From the human T2T-CHM13v2.0 reference genome, Homo sapiens, in the NCBI RefSeq assembly GCF_009914755.1, contig NC_060945.1: DNA of 64,000 nt. The stretch is one strand, 5' to 3'. This document shows, one piece after another, positions 1 through 13,511 of this stretch (position 1 is the first letter of the stretch; each line of letters begins with the position of its first letter). A program made the translations under genes and the position numbers. The notes under the pieces are model-generated. The model saw only the letters and a list, made by a program, of their open reading frames with translations. It made no database searches and was not told the origin of the DNA.

Positions 1-1147
1 ACTTGTGACCAAATCACATCCTACAGAGATGCTGAACCCCAAGTTTTTGCTCTCTGGAATATACATAATTTGAAGAGTCTTTTCACTTAGTAAATGAAGG
101 GGTAACCTGGTAAGTTCAAGTTACTTTGAAATGAGATGTACAAATAATACTTGGGTATAATATCCACAGATAATTCCCAAGTTATTGCTCCCCAATCTAC
201 CACCCTTCCAAAAACAGCCATGCAAAAAATATACATTTTTCCCTTTCTCTGTCCTTTCCCAACCTCACAAGGAAGTAAACTGATAAATGCTTATTGAAAT
301 CCTAAAAAGCAAATTGCAGGAAAAAAATTTAAAAAGAGAACATAACTTAGATAAAGCAGTGGATAGATAATTAAGAATTTGATATATGATGCCATCAACT
401 TTTACCCAACAGAGACTAAGGATATTTCTCTTTTGTTTACGTGCTTCTTCTCTCTTTCTGATTAATCCCCTGGCTGACAGTGTTTTGCCACTCTAAATAG
501 CTCTGAACCAATCTCCATGCACAGAAGTCACTCTCTGTAGAAGTCTGGGGCATTCTGATTGGCCAGCATGAACCCATGTGTCAACCCTTTGGCAGAAGAG
601 ACTGTGCCTGTAAGCTGTGCCATCAGGGAGATGGGCAGCTCCCAAAAAGAAAAAAAAAGCGCTATGCAAATCAAAAGTATTAGCTGTTCCCTGTGTCGAA
701 GTATACTTGAGAAGTAATTTTCTAGGTGTTACCACAAGTGTAATAACTTTCTTATTCTATCTTTTAGCATATTTGACAAGTACAAACAATATATAAATGC
801 AAAAGAATTGATTCTTTTCATAGGGATTCAGAGTGAAGTTTTATCCCATGCCCTTATTTTGAAAAGTGATTTCTAGTGGTAATCCCTATTGTTATTCTTG
901 TTGGCCACTGATAGCACAGCCATCTATCTTCAGAAGGTTTGACACTTGATTTTTATAATAAATGGTCTTTGTATTATGCTGTTAGGAAAATCAAAATATT
1001 GCCCTTTAGTACTCCTATTTATGGATTAAAATTCTCCTATAAGATTTCTGTCCATGTGAACACAAAAATGTCCTTTCTTTTTGAAAATCCATCCCAGCAA
1101 TTAGAACAGTCATCCTTTCCAGATATCAAGCCACCCATCAGACGGCC

Positions 1148-1744
1148 TGTATTAGTTACTACTGCTGTGTAACAAATTATCATAATCGTAACAGCTTAAA
1201 ACAATTCCTATCTATTATCTCACATTTATAAAGCTCAGTAGTCCAGGTAGACTCTGTTAGGTTCTCTGTTTGGTTGGTTTCCAAAGCTGAAATCAAGGTG
1301 TTGACTGGCTTGGCTGTTACGTGGAGCTTTTGGGCAAGAATCCACTTCCAAGCTCATGCAGGTTGCTGACAAAATCTAGTTCTTGTGGTTGTGGGACTCA
1401 GGTCTCCATTTCTCCAGTTCTCTTTTCAGCTGGGAGCTACTCTAGTTCCTTGAGACTGTTCCAGATTTTTTCTCATGTGCTTCCCTCCATCACAGAGCCA
1501 GCAATGCTGCAATGAGTTAGTTCTCGTGTTTTGAATCTCTCTGACCTTTTTAAGTGCCACTTCTTGGAGAAAGTGCTTTAGTTTTAAGGGCTCATGTGGT
1601 TAGATCAAGCCTACCCAGATCATCTCCCTTCCTTGTCAACTGTGCCATATAATATAGCATAATCATGGGAGTGAATACTCATTGCCTTTCTAGAGATGAA
1701 GACAGGGTATCTTTGGGGACCATTTTAGATATTCTGCTTATCAC
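1148..1744 (-). mobile_element. MLT1 (MLT1E-like) ERVL-MaLR solo LTR
   Basis: Begins TGTATTAGTTACTACTGCTGTGTAACAAATTA, contains AGAATCCACTTCCAAGCTCAT..CAGGTTG and ends TTGGGGACCATTTTAGATATTCTGCTTATCAC: the reverse complement of an MLT1 LTR. Confidence 0.85.
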
Positions 1745-1748
1745 CTGC

Positions 1749-1773
1749 CTACTACTACTACTACTACTACTAC
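1749..1773. repeat. (CTA)n trinucleotide microsatellite
   Basis: About 8 CTA units, seen directly. Confidence 0.95.
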
Positions 1774-1779
1774 AAGCCA

Positions 1780-1995
1780 GCATTGATTCAGTGCTTGTTA
1801 AGTGCTTGCTAGGTGCTTTGTATGGATTATCTTATTTAACATCTATAGTATTTTTAAAGTGGGTGCTGTTGTGAGTTCCATGTTTGGATAAGGAATCAGG
1901 CTTAGGGCAATTAAGTCCTTGTCCAAGATGACAAGCCAGCAGGAAGTGGTACCAGGATATGAACCCAGGCCTGGCTCTCAGGATTTTACTCTTAA
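1780..1995 (-). mobile_element. MIR SINE
   Basis: TAGGTGCTTTGTATGGATTATCTTATTTAA...GTCCAAGATGACAAGC...GGATATGAACCCAGG resembles antisense MIR. Confidence 0.8.
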
Positions 1996-3542
1996 TTGCC
2001 TCCCTTGTTGGTCATTGTATCTTTGATCTCCCAAGAGTAACCTTTAAAATTATCAAATTATAAACTTACATAAAAATGTCAATTACATTTTGTTAATATG
2101 TAATGTTATTATTATTAGTTATATTATCTCATATGGACAAATATAATAGATTTAAATAGTTGTAAACCCCAAAATTTATTTTGTCATTTTCAATAATAAG
2201 TAAAATTTGCCATATTTTCAATGCAAAGGAGAAGGTGTTGTTATCTTTATGACATGCATTTTTGAACTGTGTTTCTATTAGAAATGATTATTTGCATCCA
2301 TCCAAGGCCATGATTGGCAAAATATCTTTGTGTATGCATTATTAAAGGCACCACATTTGACCTATGGACAGATCATTCAGAGCAAGAGGGCCTCTCTGGG
2401 TGGATGAATTAGAAAAAGGCAACTTGCCTTCTGGGCTGACACTTGGATAGTAAAATGTGGATGGCTTTCACCACCTGCTACATACCTTTGGTAGGCTGCC
2501 TCATGCATGCAAAGACACTCTGAGCTGTGCATATTCTCCAAACTTCACCTTGCAAACAACAGCACTCATTTACAAAACTTAGATACATGATGCAGTGTCT
2601 TGCCGTGAGCCTAAAAGTTTTGGTCATTGCAGGATCCAATGTCCACTTACTTCCATTAGATCAAATACTAAGAAGACTGGCCCAAGATACCAACGAAAAT
2701 GTTTCACAAATTAAACTGTAGCTAAAGAAATGAATTTTATGGCTATCAGTTTAGGAAGACTTTTGTGCTGTATCTTTGATTAGACTTCACATTAATATTT
2801 TCCATTTTATTATATAAATATAGAAAAACAGAGATGGGAAAAAACAAAACTACTCCTTTGAGGACTTCTAAATTGCCCAGTTTACATTTTCATAACCAAG
2901 ACTAAGAATTAAAACCCAAAAGACAGGAATAAAAGATTTACTGTTATACAAGTCCAGTATTATAAACACTGTCATTCAAAAGTTGGGCTGCTTTTTTTGC
3001 ATTTAATGAGGAATTTATGAATTCTCATACACCATTCATCTTTCACTAAGCACTCTTTTGAGTACTAAAACATTTGTTTTAATGTGGCGTATTGACATAT
3101 GAGGCAGTAATAACAAAACAAACACATAAACAAATCCTCGAACTTGAAAAAGTCATTGCCTCCAAAAACACATCTCTTTTCTTCAACACCCTCAGTTTGT
3201 GACTTTCATTTATGGTGTTTTTCTTTTAATCTCAAACTTCACTATTAACAGTTATACATATGGTGTATGAGTCCTCGGGGGCCTAGGTCAACATCCAGGC
3301 CAACAGATTGGTCCACCTGTCCCGTGGGCCACAACAAAAACTCAGTGCTTTCTCACAACATTCAGTGCTTACACCTACTTTTAAATAGATGCTTTAATTT
3401 GAGTTCAAGCTCTTTCCACGCTAACCTTTTAGTGACATGAAAATTTCTGATTTGATTTTTAAATTTTGTTTATTTTATAGTTACTCTTTAGAAGCATGTG
3501 ATTCATTATTTCTTATTGATTACATTTTAAAATACCATAACA

Positions 3543-3909
<367 letters not shown>

Positions 3910-6044
3910 TCATTAAACAGACCCAACACTGAAACAATGCCAAGGATTCATCCATTCAAATAGAAGGCACCCAACATATCATTTTAGGGTTAAAAAGCAC
4001 ACAATTGATTAATTAGAAATCTTAGTTAGGAGGAGTTTGTATCCTAGACTTGACAGGTAAAACAAGCTGTTATCAACAATTTATTTTTTAAGCCCCTCCA
4101 GTGAGGCCATTTCAGTCATATACTGTGATCAGTCCATAGTTAGATTAATCTTCCGCACCTTCATTTGTTGCGGTAGGTGTTCAATACATATTGTTGCTCA
4201 GAATAGTGATGCAAAAGTGCTGCCAACTAAGCACAATCAAAGAAAGGCTCAAGGATCCATGAGTCCAGAGAGTAAACAAAGTGGAATAACCCATTATATG
4301 AGCATCTCACTTGATGAAGAGGTCAAATTCGTTGATTGTTTTCCTTTAGACCAGGTGAAGTGAAAATTTTGCAGATTTCCAAGCAATAAACATCTTAGCC
4401 AAGAGCCACTGGACTCATTTAGATTATGTATCTACGCTGATTTAATTCATCAACTAAATGCCAGTTATCCACATTGTACTATATGTGGTTGTGAGCTCGA
4501 TCTTCAGTGTATAAGGTGCATTCCTTATGTCATTCATCGGCCTTTAAGAGACAGAAGGTAGTGGAAACAGGGTATAATACAATTTTCCTTTCTCCTTTTC
4601 TTAGCATGGGTTTTCCTGTCTTTTTTTTTATCCTAGAAAACACTTCAGGAAACTTTCTCCAGATTATACATTACATTTTCTAAGGCTGTAAAGGGGAAAA
4701 CTGGTGAAAACGAAATCAATTTGTTATAGCTTTTGGTTTTCATACTAAACTGGCAAAAAGAGAAATGAGAGACATCACTGTACAACCTAAATTGAAGATC
4801 ACACTAATATTTGGATAACTCAAGAGTGATTACTGGTAGGCCAATGTTTCTAAATCCAGTGAGAAATTATGCAATTTCTTGCTTTCTTATTTTAAAGCTC
4901 TGTGAACTCAGGTTTATGAAATTATGCTAGGTCATCATTGCGCTTATGAATACGTTGTTTTTGTTTATTGTTGCATTTAGGATTCTTTTTAAAAGTCCAC
5001 AAGTTGATTTATTATGTCATAAAAAATTAAACTCTAAAAAGAAAATCGGCAAACTGATATGAATCTCTCAGGATAGAAAAAGTGTGATGTGGAATTGAGC
5101 TGTGACTTGAAAAAGTATCAGGTAGGAAGCACTGAAGCTAATTATTAAGCCAACAGGTAAGACCAGGTTCCAAAATGAATAGACAGTGTTTTTTAAATAG
5201 CAAAAAAAAAAAAAAGTATGTTGAATATAATTGTTTGGGCTTGAGTGGATAGTTATTTTTCTTTCATACAGAGAGAAAGTAGAACACCAAAATTAAAAAA
5301 GGAAAAGATATACTGACAGTAAGAGGGTTACGGATGCTACCAAAAGATTATTGAAAAGTTGACTTAGATGGTATGTAGTGAGGTAAATAACATAAAGGAA
5401 TTTGTTGCAGAAAAAATATATAGCATTTGTGGTTTCTGGGTTTTGTCACCAAATCATTTTATTTTCAAGAAAGATTCCACTAAACGATTATTCTATTTCA
5501 TTATGTAGCCTGCAAGTGACCAGGGATTAAAACAAAAGAAAAAAAAATACGTGTTGAAAAATATGTAGTAATGTCAGGTGCAAGTTTAGATTTGGTTTTG
5601 ACAGTCAAGTCCAAAGCTAATCAGTTATCTCAATATTAGACCAAGCATGCAGATATAACCGGTATGGAAAAAAATTAACTACAGTCATGATTCCAAGCAG
5701 CTTACTTTGATGACACATAAGTGGGCAATATTAAAAAAAAAATCACTTCAAAGGAAATTTTCCTATATTAATTATCATTTGTAAAGGTGAGAAAATTTTA
5801 ATTCTGTCTGGTGTTTAGAAAAATGTTAAGAAATTTAAAAAGCATGACAGCAATCGTTTTTGCACACGACTCTACCACTTTCTTTTTTCTTATTGTTAGT
5901 TTATTTATTTATTTACTTCTCTTATTGTTTGGGGATTGTCAAAATTACAGTGGTTACACCACCGCCGCTTCTGACAGATGGAACACAGCTTGTTTGTCTG
6001 ACATAATGGTCACTGGGAAAGGATCACCCTAAAGATAGCAGAGA

Positions 6045-6275
6045 AACCTGGAGCTCAGGCTTGAGTCTGACTGCTAGACATCATAGCTGTGTGAATTCTG
6101 GGAAAGTCTGAAAAATCTTCTGTGCCTCAGTTTGCTCATCTCTAAAATGGGAATAGTAATTGTACATACACTTAGGGTTAATGAGATGATTAAATAAATT
6201 AAGATATAAAAAGCACTTAAAGAGCTTGGCACCTAGAAAGTGATATATGTGTTGTTACCTATTATTACGGTTATT
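6045..6275 (+). mobile_element. MIR SINE
   Basis: Core CTGTGCCTCAGTTTGCTCATCTCTAAAATGGGAATAGTAAT; 3' part AAAGCACTTA..TTGGCACCTAG. Confidence 0.85.
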
Positions 6276-6489
6276 AATATGACAAAAGAATTTGAGAAAG
6301 CCACTAAATTTCCACTTTAAAATGTGGATAATATAATATTAATAGCTTTGTATACGAGCTCCCTACAATGCAACGAAAGCAAAATTAATTATGGATGAAT
6401 TCCAATGAAGCTAAGAACTCCAAACCAATGCAAATGTAGGTTCCCCCTAATTTAGAAATTCCTCTTTCACATGGACTTACCAGCGATCT

Positions 6490-6570
6490 CTCACTCATTT
6501 ACTCACTCAACAAATATCTATTGACCACCTAATATATGCCAGGGGATATAATAGTGAATAAACATTACCT
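6490..6570 (-). mobile_element. L2 3' end fragment
   Basis: CATTTACTCACTCAACAAATATCTATTGACCACCTAATATATGCCAGG. Confidence 0.7.
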
Positions 6571-6756
6571 GAAAGAACGGGTCTTTTAATCAATCGGTAG
6601 GTAATATTTTTCCATGGAGCATGTGGTTCTTGAGGACAAATCTGTCCAGCTTTCGTTAATGTGGGTCTCATGAAACTGCGAGGGTGCAAGTGCCTGAAAA
6701 CCGAAAACTAAAGTTATCAATGTGCAGGCAAAGGCTGCCCCAAGGGCAGTGGGAGG

Positions 6757-6769
6757 AGGTCAAAGGTGA
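6757..6769 (+). promoter_or_regulatory. DR1 nuclear-receptor motif (HNF4/PPAR:RXR/COUP-TF type), candidate
   Basis: AGGTCA-A-AGGTGA; motif match only. Confidence 0.35.
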
Positions 6770-7539
6770 ACTTGCTTAAAATGTGCTCAGGCCTGTAATA
6801 TATTAATAGATGGGAATACACTTTTCCTTTTTCACCCCCTCTTCTTCCTCTTCCCTCTTCATCCCGGAACCCAAACCACATTTATGTAAAATGATTCCCG
6901 TGATTCTGTTCGAGGTGGACTAAATAGGCATCCACAGACTGCGTGAGGGCCCTAACGATGACATAGAACATTATCTCTATTATAAGTGTTAATACTCTAA
7001 ACAAACCTACTGGCAAATAAAATTTTAGAGCACAATCCATTTGTTGGAGTCTGTATTTTTATTATTGCTGTGATAATTTTCTGGCTCTGATAATGAGTGC
7101 CATGAATGCAGTAGAGCAGATGTTGAAATTTTCGTTTTCTTTTTGTATCCGACGCTTACTTTTTCCTGGGTAGTTATTACATAGGTTAAAGCTAGTAACT
7201 TTGTTTTCCATAGTAAGTTCCAAAACAACTTAAAGGAGAGCAAAAGGGACAGATGGGTGGTTTATATTTGAAAATAGATTAATTTGCTTGAATAGTATGT
7301 GCCTTCAAATTGGAGTGATGAGGTTTGCATATAATCGAAAGCAGAGAATAAAACAGAGGAATATAGTCTATTCCTTTCTCCTTAATTTGCTACCACAGTG
7401 GGTCAGTACATGGCAATACTTTCGAATGTAATCTTTGTCACATTCAGAAGAAAAATGCCAAGGAACAATGAAACATAAAGGGATATTTTTTATTCCAGGA
7501 GGAAAAAGAATTTTCTGGAAAATCTTAATTGGCAAATTT

Positions 7540-7683
7540 TTATTTTTATTATTATTTTTTGTTGATAGAGACGGGGTTTCACCATCTTGCGCAGGCTGGT
7601 CTTGAACTCCTGGTCTAAAGTAATCCACCCACCTTGGCCCTCCAAAGTGCTGGGATTATAGGCCTGAGCCACGGCGCCTGGCC
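7540..7683 (-). mobile_element. Free left Alu monomer (FLAM-like)
   Basis: Single Alu arm with its own T-rich tail; GCAAATTT on both sides (7532-7539, 7685-7692) fits a TSD. Confidence 0.9.
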
Positions 7684-8437
7684 AGCAAATTTGTTTTGAT
7701 TCAACAATGTTGTAACTCTAACTTTAGCCTTTACCAGGTTCTACTACTGTCTGAAATGACTATGCAAGTAGTTGGAAATAAAAATATTGTACAATTCTCA
7801 TAAACAAAACAAATATATATCACAAAATGCTCAGTTGATGATGTTAAAATAATGATATCTGAGAAAGCAGTAGTATGTAATGGCCATTGTTATCTAATTA
7901 CTCTAAACCACCAATAAAGTAAAATAAAATCTTCCTATTTAAGAACTTACTTTAAAAATATTTTGATGCCCTCCTTGACTTCGGCTTCCTATAGAATTTC
8001 CCCAGGTCTGTTTGGCATTTGGTTTCTGCTACTAGCCTTATCCTCACTATGTATCTTTGAACTAATTTCGTGAAAGAGACTGAGATCACATACTGGTCTT
8101 TTTGTGTGCCTGCTTCCAGAACATGCACATTAGCATTGCAAAACTTTGCATGTCCAGATGTCTCCTAGACTTCTCATTTGATTTGTGGCTGAAGGGTCGG
8201 AAAAATTGCAGAAATGAGCTGCCATGTTCCCACGTTTCCTGTTCTTCTGGTGTCTGATGGGGGAGTGTGGACAGTGAGATGGATTAGATAACCACCACCT
8301 CTATTCAAAAATATCTTCTCTGCCCTGTTTTAGGGAATTATGCTTTTCACTACTTTAATCAGTGTAGTCAGATTCTTCCTGCTATAGGTTTACTTGAACA
8401 CGGAGGAATTGGAGATGGGAGAAAAGGAAGGAGGGAG

Positions 8438-8440
<3 letters not shown>

Positions 8441-8484
<44 letters not shown>
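8441..8484. repeat. (TG)22 microsatellite
   Basis: Seen directly. Confidence 0.99.
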
Positions 8485-8486
<2 letters not shown>

Positions 8487-9064
8487 GGGAGAGAGAACAT
8501 GAATGCATGGCACAGTGAAGGTATTTAACAGCCAGAGGAAAGTATTAAAGAATAAAATATTTTGAGTTGATAGATGTAGGTTCCACAAGAAGATAGGAGA
8601 GAAGTTGAAAAGAAAAAGGAAACCATTAGACTATCAATGATCACTTGTTTCTTTGATGCTTTATCTAGGCCTCCGTGGCAGTAACAGCCACTGAAAACCA
8701 GACTCCCAAGTAGCTTTACATGAAATGTCCTCATGATCAAACTTGTTCTAATGTGTGTTATTGGGGAAATACCCCAGAGAACAGAGAAGATGGATGTAGA
8801 CTGCATTTTACCAGTGCCAAATAAAGCAGTCAAAATGTTCTTGACAAGATGGAAATAATCAAATAACCACCTTTGATTGATTTTAAATGAACTGACTGTC
8901 TTGCATGGTGCGCATTAATATTTATACTCTGTGGTTCCAGACATCTGTATAAATGTGATGAACTACTTATTAGCTATGTGCTGACTTTCTCCATGATCTC
9001 ATCTTCATATTCCAACTAAAATTTCTCCACCTATGACTTACAGAAATGCTTGCTCATGTGCTCT

Positions 9065-9420
9065 GTCATTCTTGGTCTTTATTTCAACAAAAATTGACTG
9101 GGCACCTACTGTGTTTTAGAGAATTCACCAGGCGCTAATGACACAGTGGTGAACACAAAGGTGTGCCTTTTAAAATTTAGTCTGGGGAGGGCAGGTTAAA
9201 TCTTATGTTACACCAGTGGAATTATGTAATAGCCATTGTGATGGACCAGAAGAAGAAATGTGAAGTACCTTGAGAACATACAGCAGTGGCAAACAAAGTT
9301 AATTTGGGGAGACAAGGAATACTTTTCTGGCAAGGGTCAAAGGGTGAGGCAAGGGACTGATGGTCCGAGCAGAGGGGAAAACATGGGTGAAGACCCTGAT
9401 GCATTAAGATAAAAACAGTT
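9065..9420 (-). mobile_element. L2 3' fragment
   Basis: TTTCAACAAAAATTGACTGGGCACCTACTGTG...GACACAGTGGTGAACA; distal boundary uncertain. Confidence 0.65.
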
Positions 9421-9439
9421 AATTTTGAAATAAGTATCA

Positions 9440-9620
9440 ACTTATAGGGAATGACAAAAATAGCACATAGAGTGCTGTAAACTCTTCACCAGTTTCTCCA
9501 AATGGTGGCATCTTCTATGACTATGGTATAATATCAAAACCAGAAAGTTGACATTGATACAATCCTAGTAACTAGACCACAGTCTTACACAGTTTTGATC
9601 AGCTTTTACATGCAATGTGC

Positions 9621-9654
<34 letters not shown>

Positions 9655-10110
9655 ATGTGCGTGTGTTTTTATAGTTCTATACAGTTTGACCTCTTGTAGA
9701 GGTTCATATAACCACCACTACAATCAGGGTACAGAACTGTTTCATCACTACAAAAGATCTCCCTTGTGCTTTTTTTTTTTTTGGAGAAGCACCAACCCCT
9801 CATTCTTGTCCCTATCCCCCAGTAACCACGAATCTGTTCTCTATCATAGAGATGGATTCTTGTCATTTGGAGAATGTTATATCAATGGAATCACACAGTA
9901 TGCCACCTTTTGAGACTGGCTTTTTTCACTAAGCATAATGTCCTTGAGACCCATCCAAGTTGTTGTGTATTATCAATAGTTTGTTCCTTTTTTATTGCTG
10001 AGTGGTATTCCATTGCATGGGTGCCTTTGTGTTTAACTCATTTCTGGACACTTGGGCTACTTTTGGTTTAGGGCTATTACAGTTAAAGCTGACATTAACA
10101 CTTTTGTACC
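9440..10110 (-). mobile_element. Old L1 (L1MC-like) 3' region, containing (TG)16 at 9622-9653
   Basis: ATATCAAAACCAGAAAGTTGACATTGATACAATCC; ATCAATGGAATCACACAGTATG; TTTTATTGCTGAGTGGTATTCCATTG. Confidence 0.85.
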
Positions 10111-11339
10111 CTAATGCATTTTAAGGAATGGGAAAAAAGACACACAAAATGAGGCTTGCTGGGGGCCAAATTATGCAAAGCCACAAATCCTTTCTGGGTG
10201 TACACTATAAAAGTACAAAAATGAATGAATAAATAAGAGGAAACTGAATGTAAACACGGAGTGTTTTAAGGACTCTGACTTTTGGTGTTATATCAGTATC
10301 CAGATGGCTGCCTTTTATTTTCCATTTTTTAATCTAACTGTTTGCACATAATGAGGTGGTCAGATTTGAATACTAGTTTGCAGATGGATTGGGGGTACTC
10401 TATACTTGAGACAGCTAATTAAAACATAATTCTAAAAACAGGCTTGTAAAAACTTTCTTCCCTCTGTTCACTCAGAAAAGACTTATATTTAGCATAAGAA
10501 TGTTATTGGAAGCACCAAATTGAAAACTGTCAGCTCAGATTCTGCAATCTAAGGAAGATTCTGCCTACTGGTGTGTTGATGAAGAACGTAGAAAAACAAA
10601 TCAAGAAAAACAGCATGAGTGTACTGGGTTTTCTTTAAATCAGCAGACATATAGCATAACGGGCTGTGAGAATTCTGATCCAAGTCACAGGTCTGCCACC
10701 CAATGCAAGGTGTGAGTTCCACGTTACGTGAAGTGAAAGGGGGAAACCACCAAGGCGATTTTAGAATAAAATCAGCCCTATCCGATTTAACCCAACTTAT
10801 CAATACAGTTTTTCCTACAGGATATTATACTCATTTGAACCTCTGGGCCTCTGCCTATGTTTTCCTGTTCCTAGTTTGCTGTCTCAGTTCCTTTTTGCCA
10901 ATCAGAATCCTATAAATCCTTCAAGGTATAATCTAGAGCTTATTCTTCTTTGAAACTTGCCCTCACGCTGATACATTTCTTGACTGATTTCCTGTCATAG
11001 AGCTAGGGTAGTACAGCTAAGGGTACCCTAGGTAGTACAGTACCCTTAATACTTATTGGCTGTGCAATTATTGCATTCCTTAATCATAGATGTCCAAGCA
11101 AATTTCTTCCACTTAAATGTAAAAGTAAAATAACAAAATATAAAGCTTGAAAAGTGGGGGGTGGTGGTGGGGTGGAAAAACACATAATATCATTACCCAT
11201 ATATTTTCTTCCAAAAACTCTTCAATGTAATAAATATGCTCAATCCTTAGAGGGTTCAGGTGAAATAAACATGGCAATACAGTCTTGATAGGTATTTTAA
11301 TTGAGACTAATCTTTGAAGAAAGCCATTCGGACTCTTAA

Positions 11340-11653
<314 letters not shown>

Positions 11654-11905
11654 TCTTAAAAGTTTTATATATCCTTGGAACCAATAAGCCCACTTCTAGG
11701 GATCTCTGCTAAAATATTCACTAGAGATGTAGACAAAAAGTTACATACGGGATTATTCTTTGCTGCATTATGTATGAGATAGAAAAATGGAAATGATCTG
11801 AAGAGGAATTTAATAAATTAATAAATTTCTTTGCAGGCATTAAAATTAAATATTGAGGGAATATTTAACAACATCAGAAAATACTCATGTTGTAATAAAA
11901 AATGG
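11654..11905 (+). mobile_element. Old L1 (L1ME-like) fragment
   Basis: CCCACTTCTAGGGATCTCTGCTAA...GGATTATTCTTTGCTGCATTATG..AAAAATGGAAA. Confidence 0.65.
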
Positions 11906-12704
11906 GAATGCAGAAGACCCGCAACAGTTCTTACCCTGTTTAAATCAGACTGTCGAATCCTGGCTTTTTTCTGTTCCTTCTCCCTTCCTGCATCTGTTAG
12001 TATTTTTGCAATAAACTGTTTGCATGTGGGAAAATGGGGGATTGTTTTGGAAATTTACATCCTGGGCTCCAAATCTAATGGAGACTTATGATTAATTTCT
12101 AATAATTAGAACAAAATACATTGAATACCAAATACCTGTAAATCTAAAAACTAGAAAGAACAGCAGTTAATGTTTTATCAGCTATATAACCCAATTATTA
12201 CTGTGCTAGTTAGAAGAGATTTCCACTGGTAAAGTAATAAATTAGCCAGTTTTATTGTACTAGGGTCAACATCATATTGTATATAAAGCTGCATTATTCC
12301 TGCATTTCCTGCATGTTGCCTTGAAAATCATGGTGTATCTGTAATTGTTATAGCTCACGTACTTCCTGGACACAGTTTTCTCACATTAGAAAGTCTTTTT
12401 AGCTTTCTGGATCTCTGTCTTCTTAACTGTGAAATGAACATAAGTGGCTTGTCATCCTCCAATGGCTATTTATGTGTTTGTTGAGTTCATAAGATGTAAG
12501 TTTTTAATAATATATTAAAAATTTGAAGCATATGACCTCTAAGGACCTTTCAAGATATATTTTTTGACTGTGAGACTTCATGACATATAATTTGTCTCCT
12601 GCTGTATTGCATATCCTTTTGTAATTGGTGACATGTCTTCTGCTGAACTCCCTCCAGGTTGTTTTAGTGAGCAAAAATGCTTGTGGATAAAATGAGATCC
12701 TATC

Positions 12705-13140
12705 AGGCTGGCAAAGTTTTAAGAGTTTGAGAGCGTTCAGTGTTGCAAAGCATGTGAGGAAACAGGCATTGTCAAATACTGTTGGTGGGAATGGAAATTG
12801 GTTCAACTCTTTTGGAAGGCAATTAGGTAATAATATACCGAAATTTAAAATGCATATAGCCTCTCTTTAGCCATTCTACTGCTGAAAATATCCCACAATT
12901 ATACTTGTAATGTGAACAGATTTATGTATAAGGATGTTCTTTGTAACATTCTTTATAATAGAGAAAAATAATTGCAACTTAAAATGGATACTAGATGCAT
13001 AAACTGTGGTGTGGCCATGTAATGGAAAACTATTTAGTCATTCAAAAGAAATAATTAGGTCTGTATGTACTGAAATGGAAAGATGTCTAAGATATTATGG
13101 TAAGTGAAAATAACAAATTGAAGAACAATTTGTACGGAGT
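12705..13140 (+). mobile_element. Old L1 (L1ME-like) ORF2 end / 3' UTR fragment
   Basis: CAGTGTTGCAAAGCATGTGAGGAAACAGGCATT..ATACTGTTGGTGGGAATGGAAATTGGTTCAAC..TTTTGGAAGGCAATT. Confidence 0.85.
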
Positions 13141-13419
13141 GAGCTTGAGTGAAAAGCAATGCGTGTTCACCTAGATCCGAATAGAAAAAGATGGACTCCT
13201 TTTACATCTTTCTTACACTGTTTTCTCAGTCTATGTCTGAGAGAATCATGGAGCCTCAGATGATAATTCTACACACTGCTATGATGAAATACAATACAAA
13301 ACAAAAACGTTTCTCCAGAGACCATTAAAAAATGTAAGGTAGAGTCTACATTGCTCTAGAAAACCGTGAAGGTATGAATAAGTTTTCGTTGACAGTTGGG
13401 AAGCAAAGCAGTGATATGA

Positions 13420-13511
13420 ATACCTACTATATAGGTATTTCTGTATAGTATACCTATATTTCTACCTACATTTCTATATAGGTATACCTACTATATAGGT
13501 ATTTCTATATA
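13420..13511. repeat. Local direct and inverted micro-repeat
   Basis: ATACCTACTATATAGGTATTTCT at 13420 and 13484; palindrome TAGGTATACCTA at 13479-13490. Confidence 0.9.

Noticed and set aside
1014-1024. CArG box CCTATTTATGG
   Set aside because: Seven A/T bases between CC and GG instead of six.
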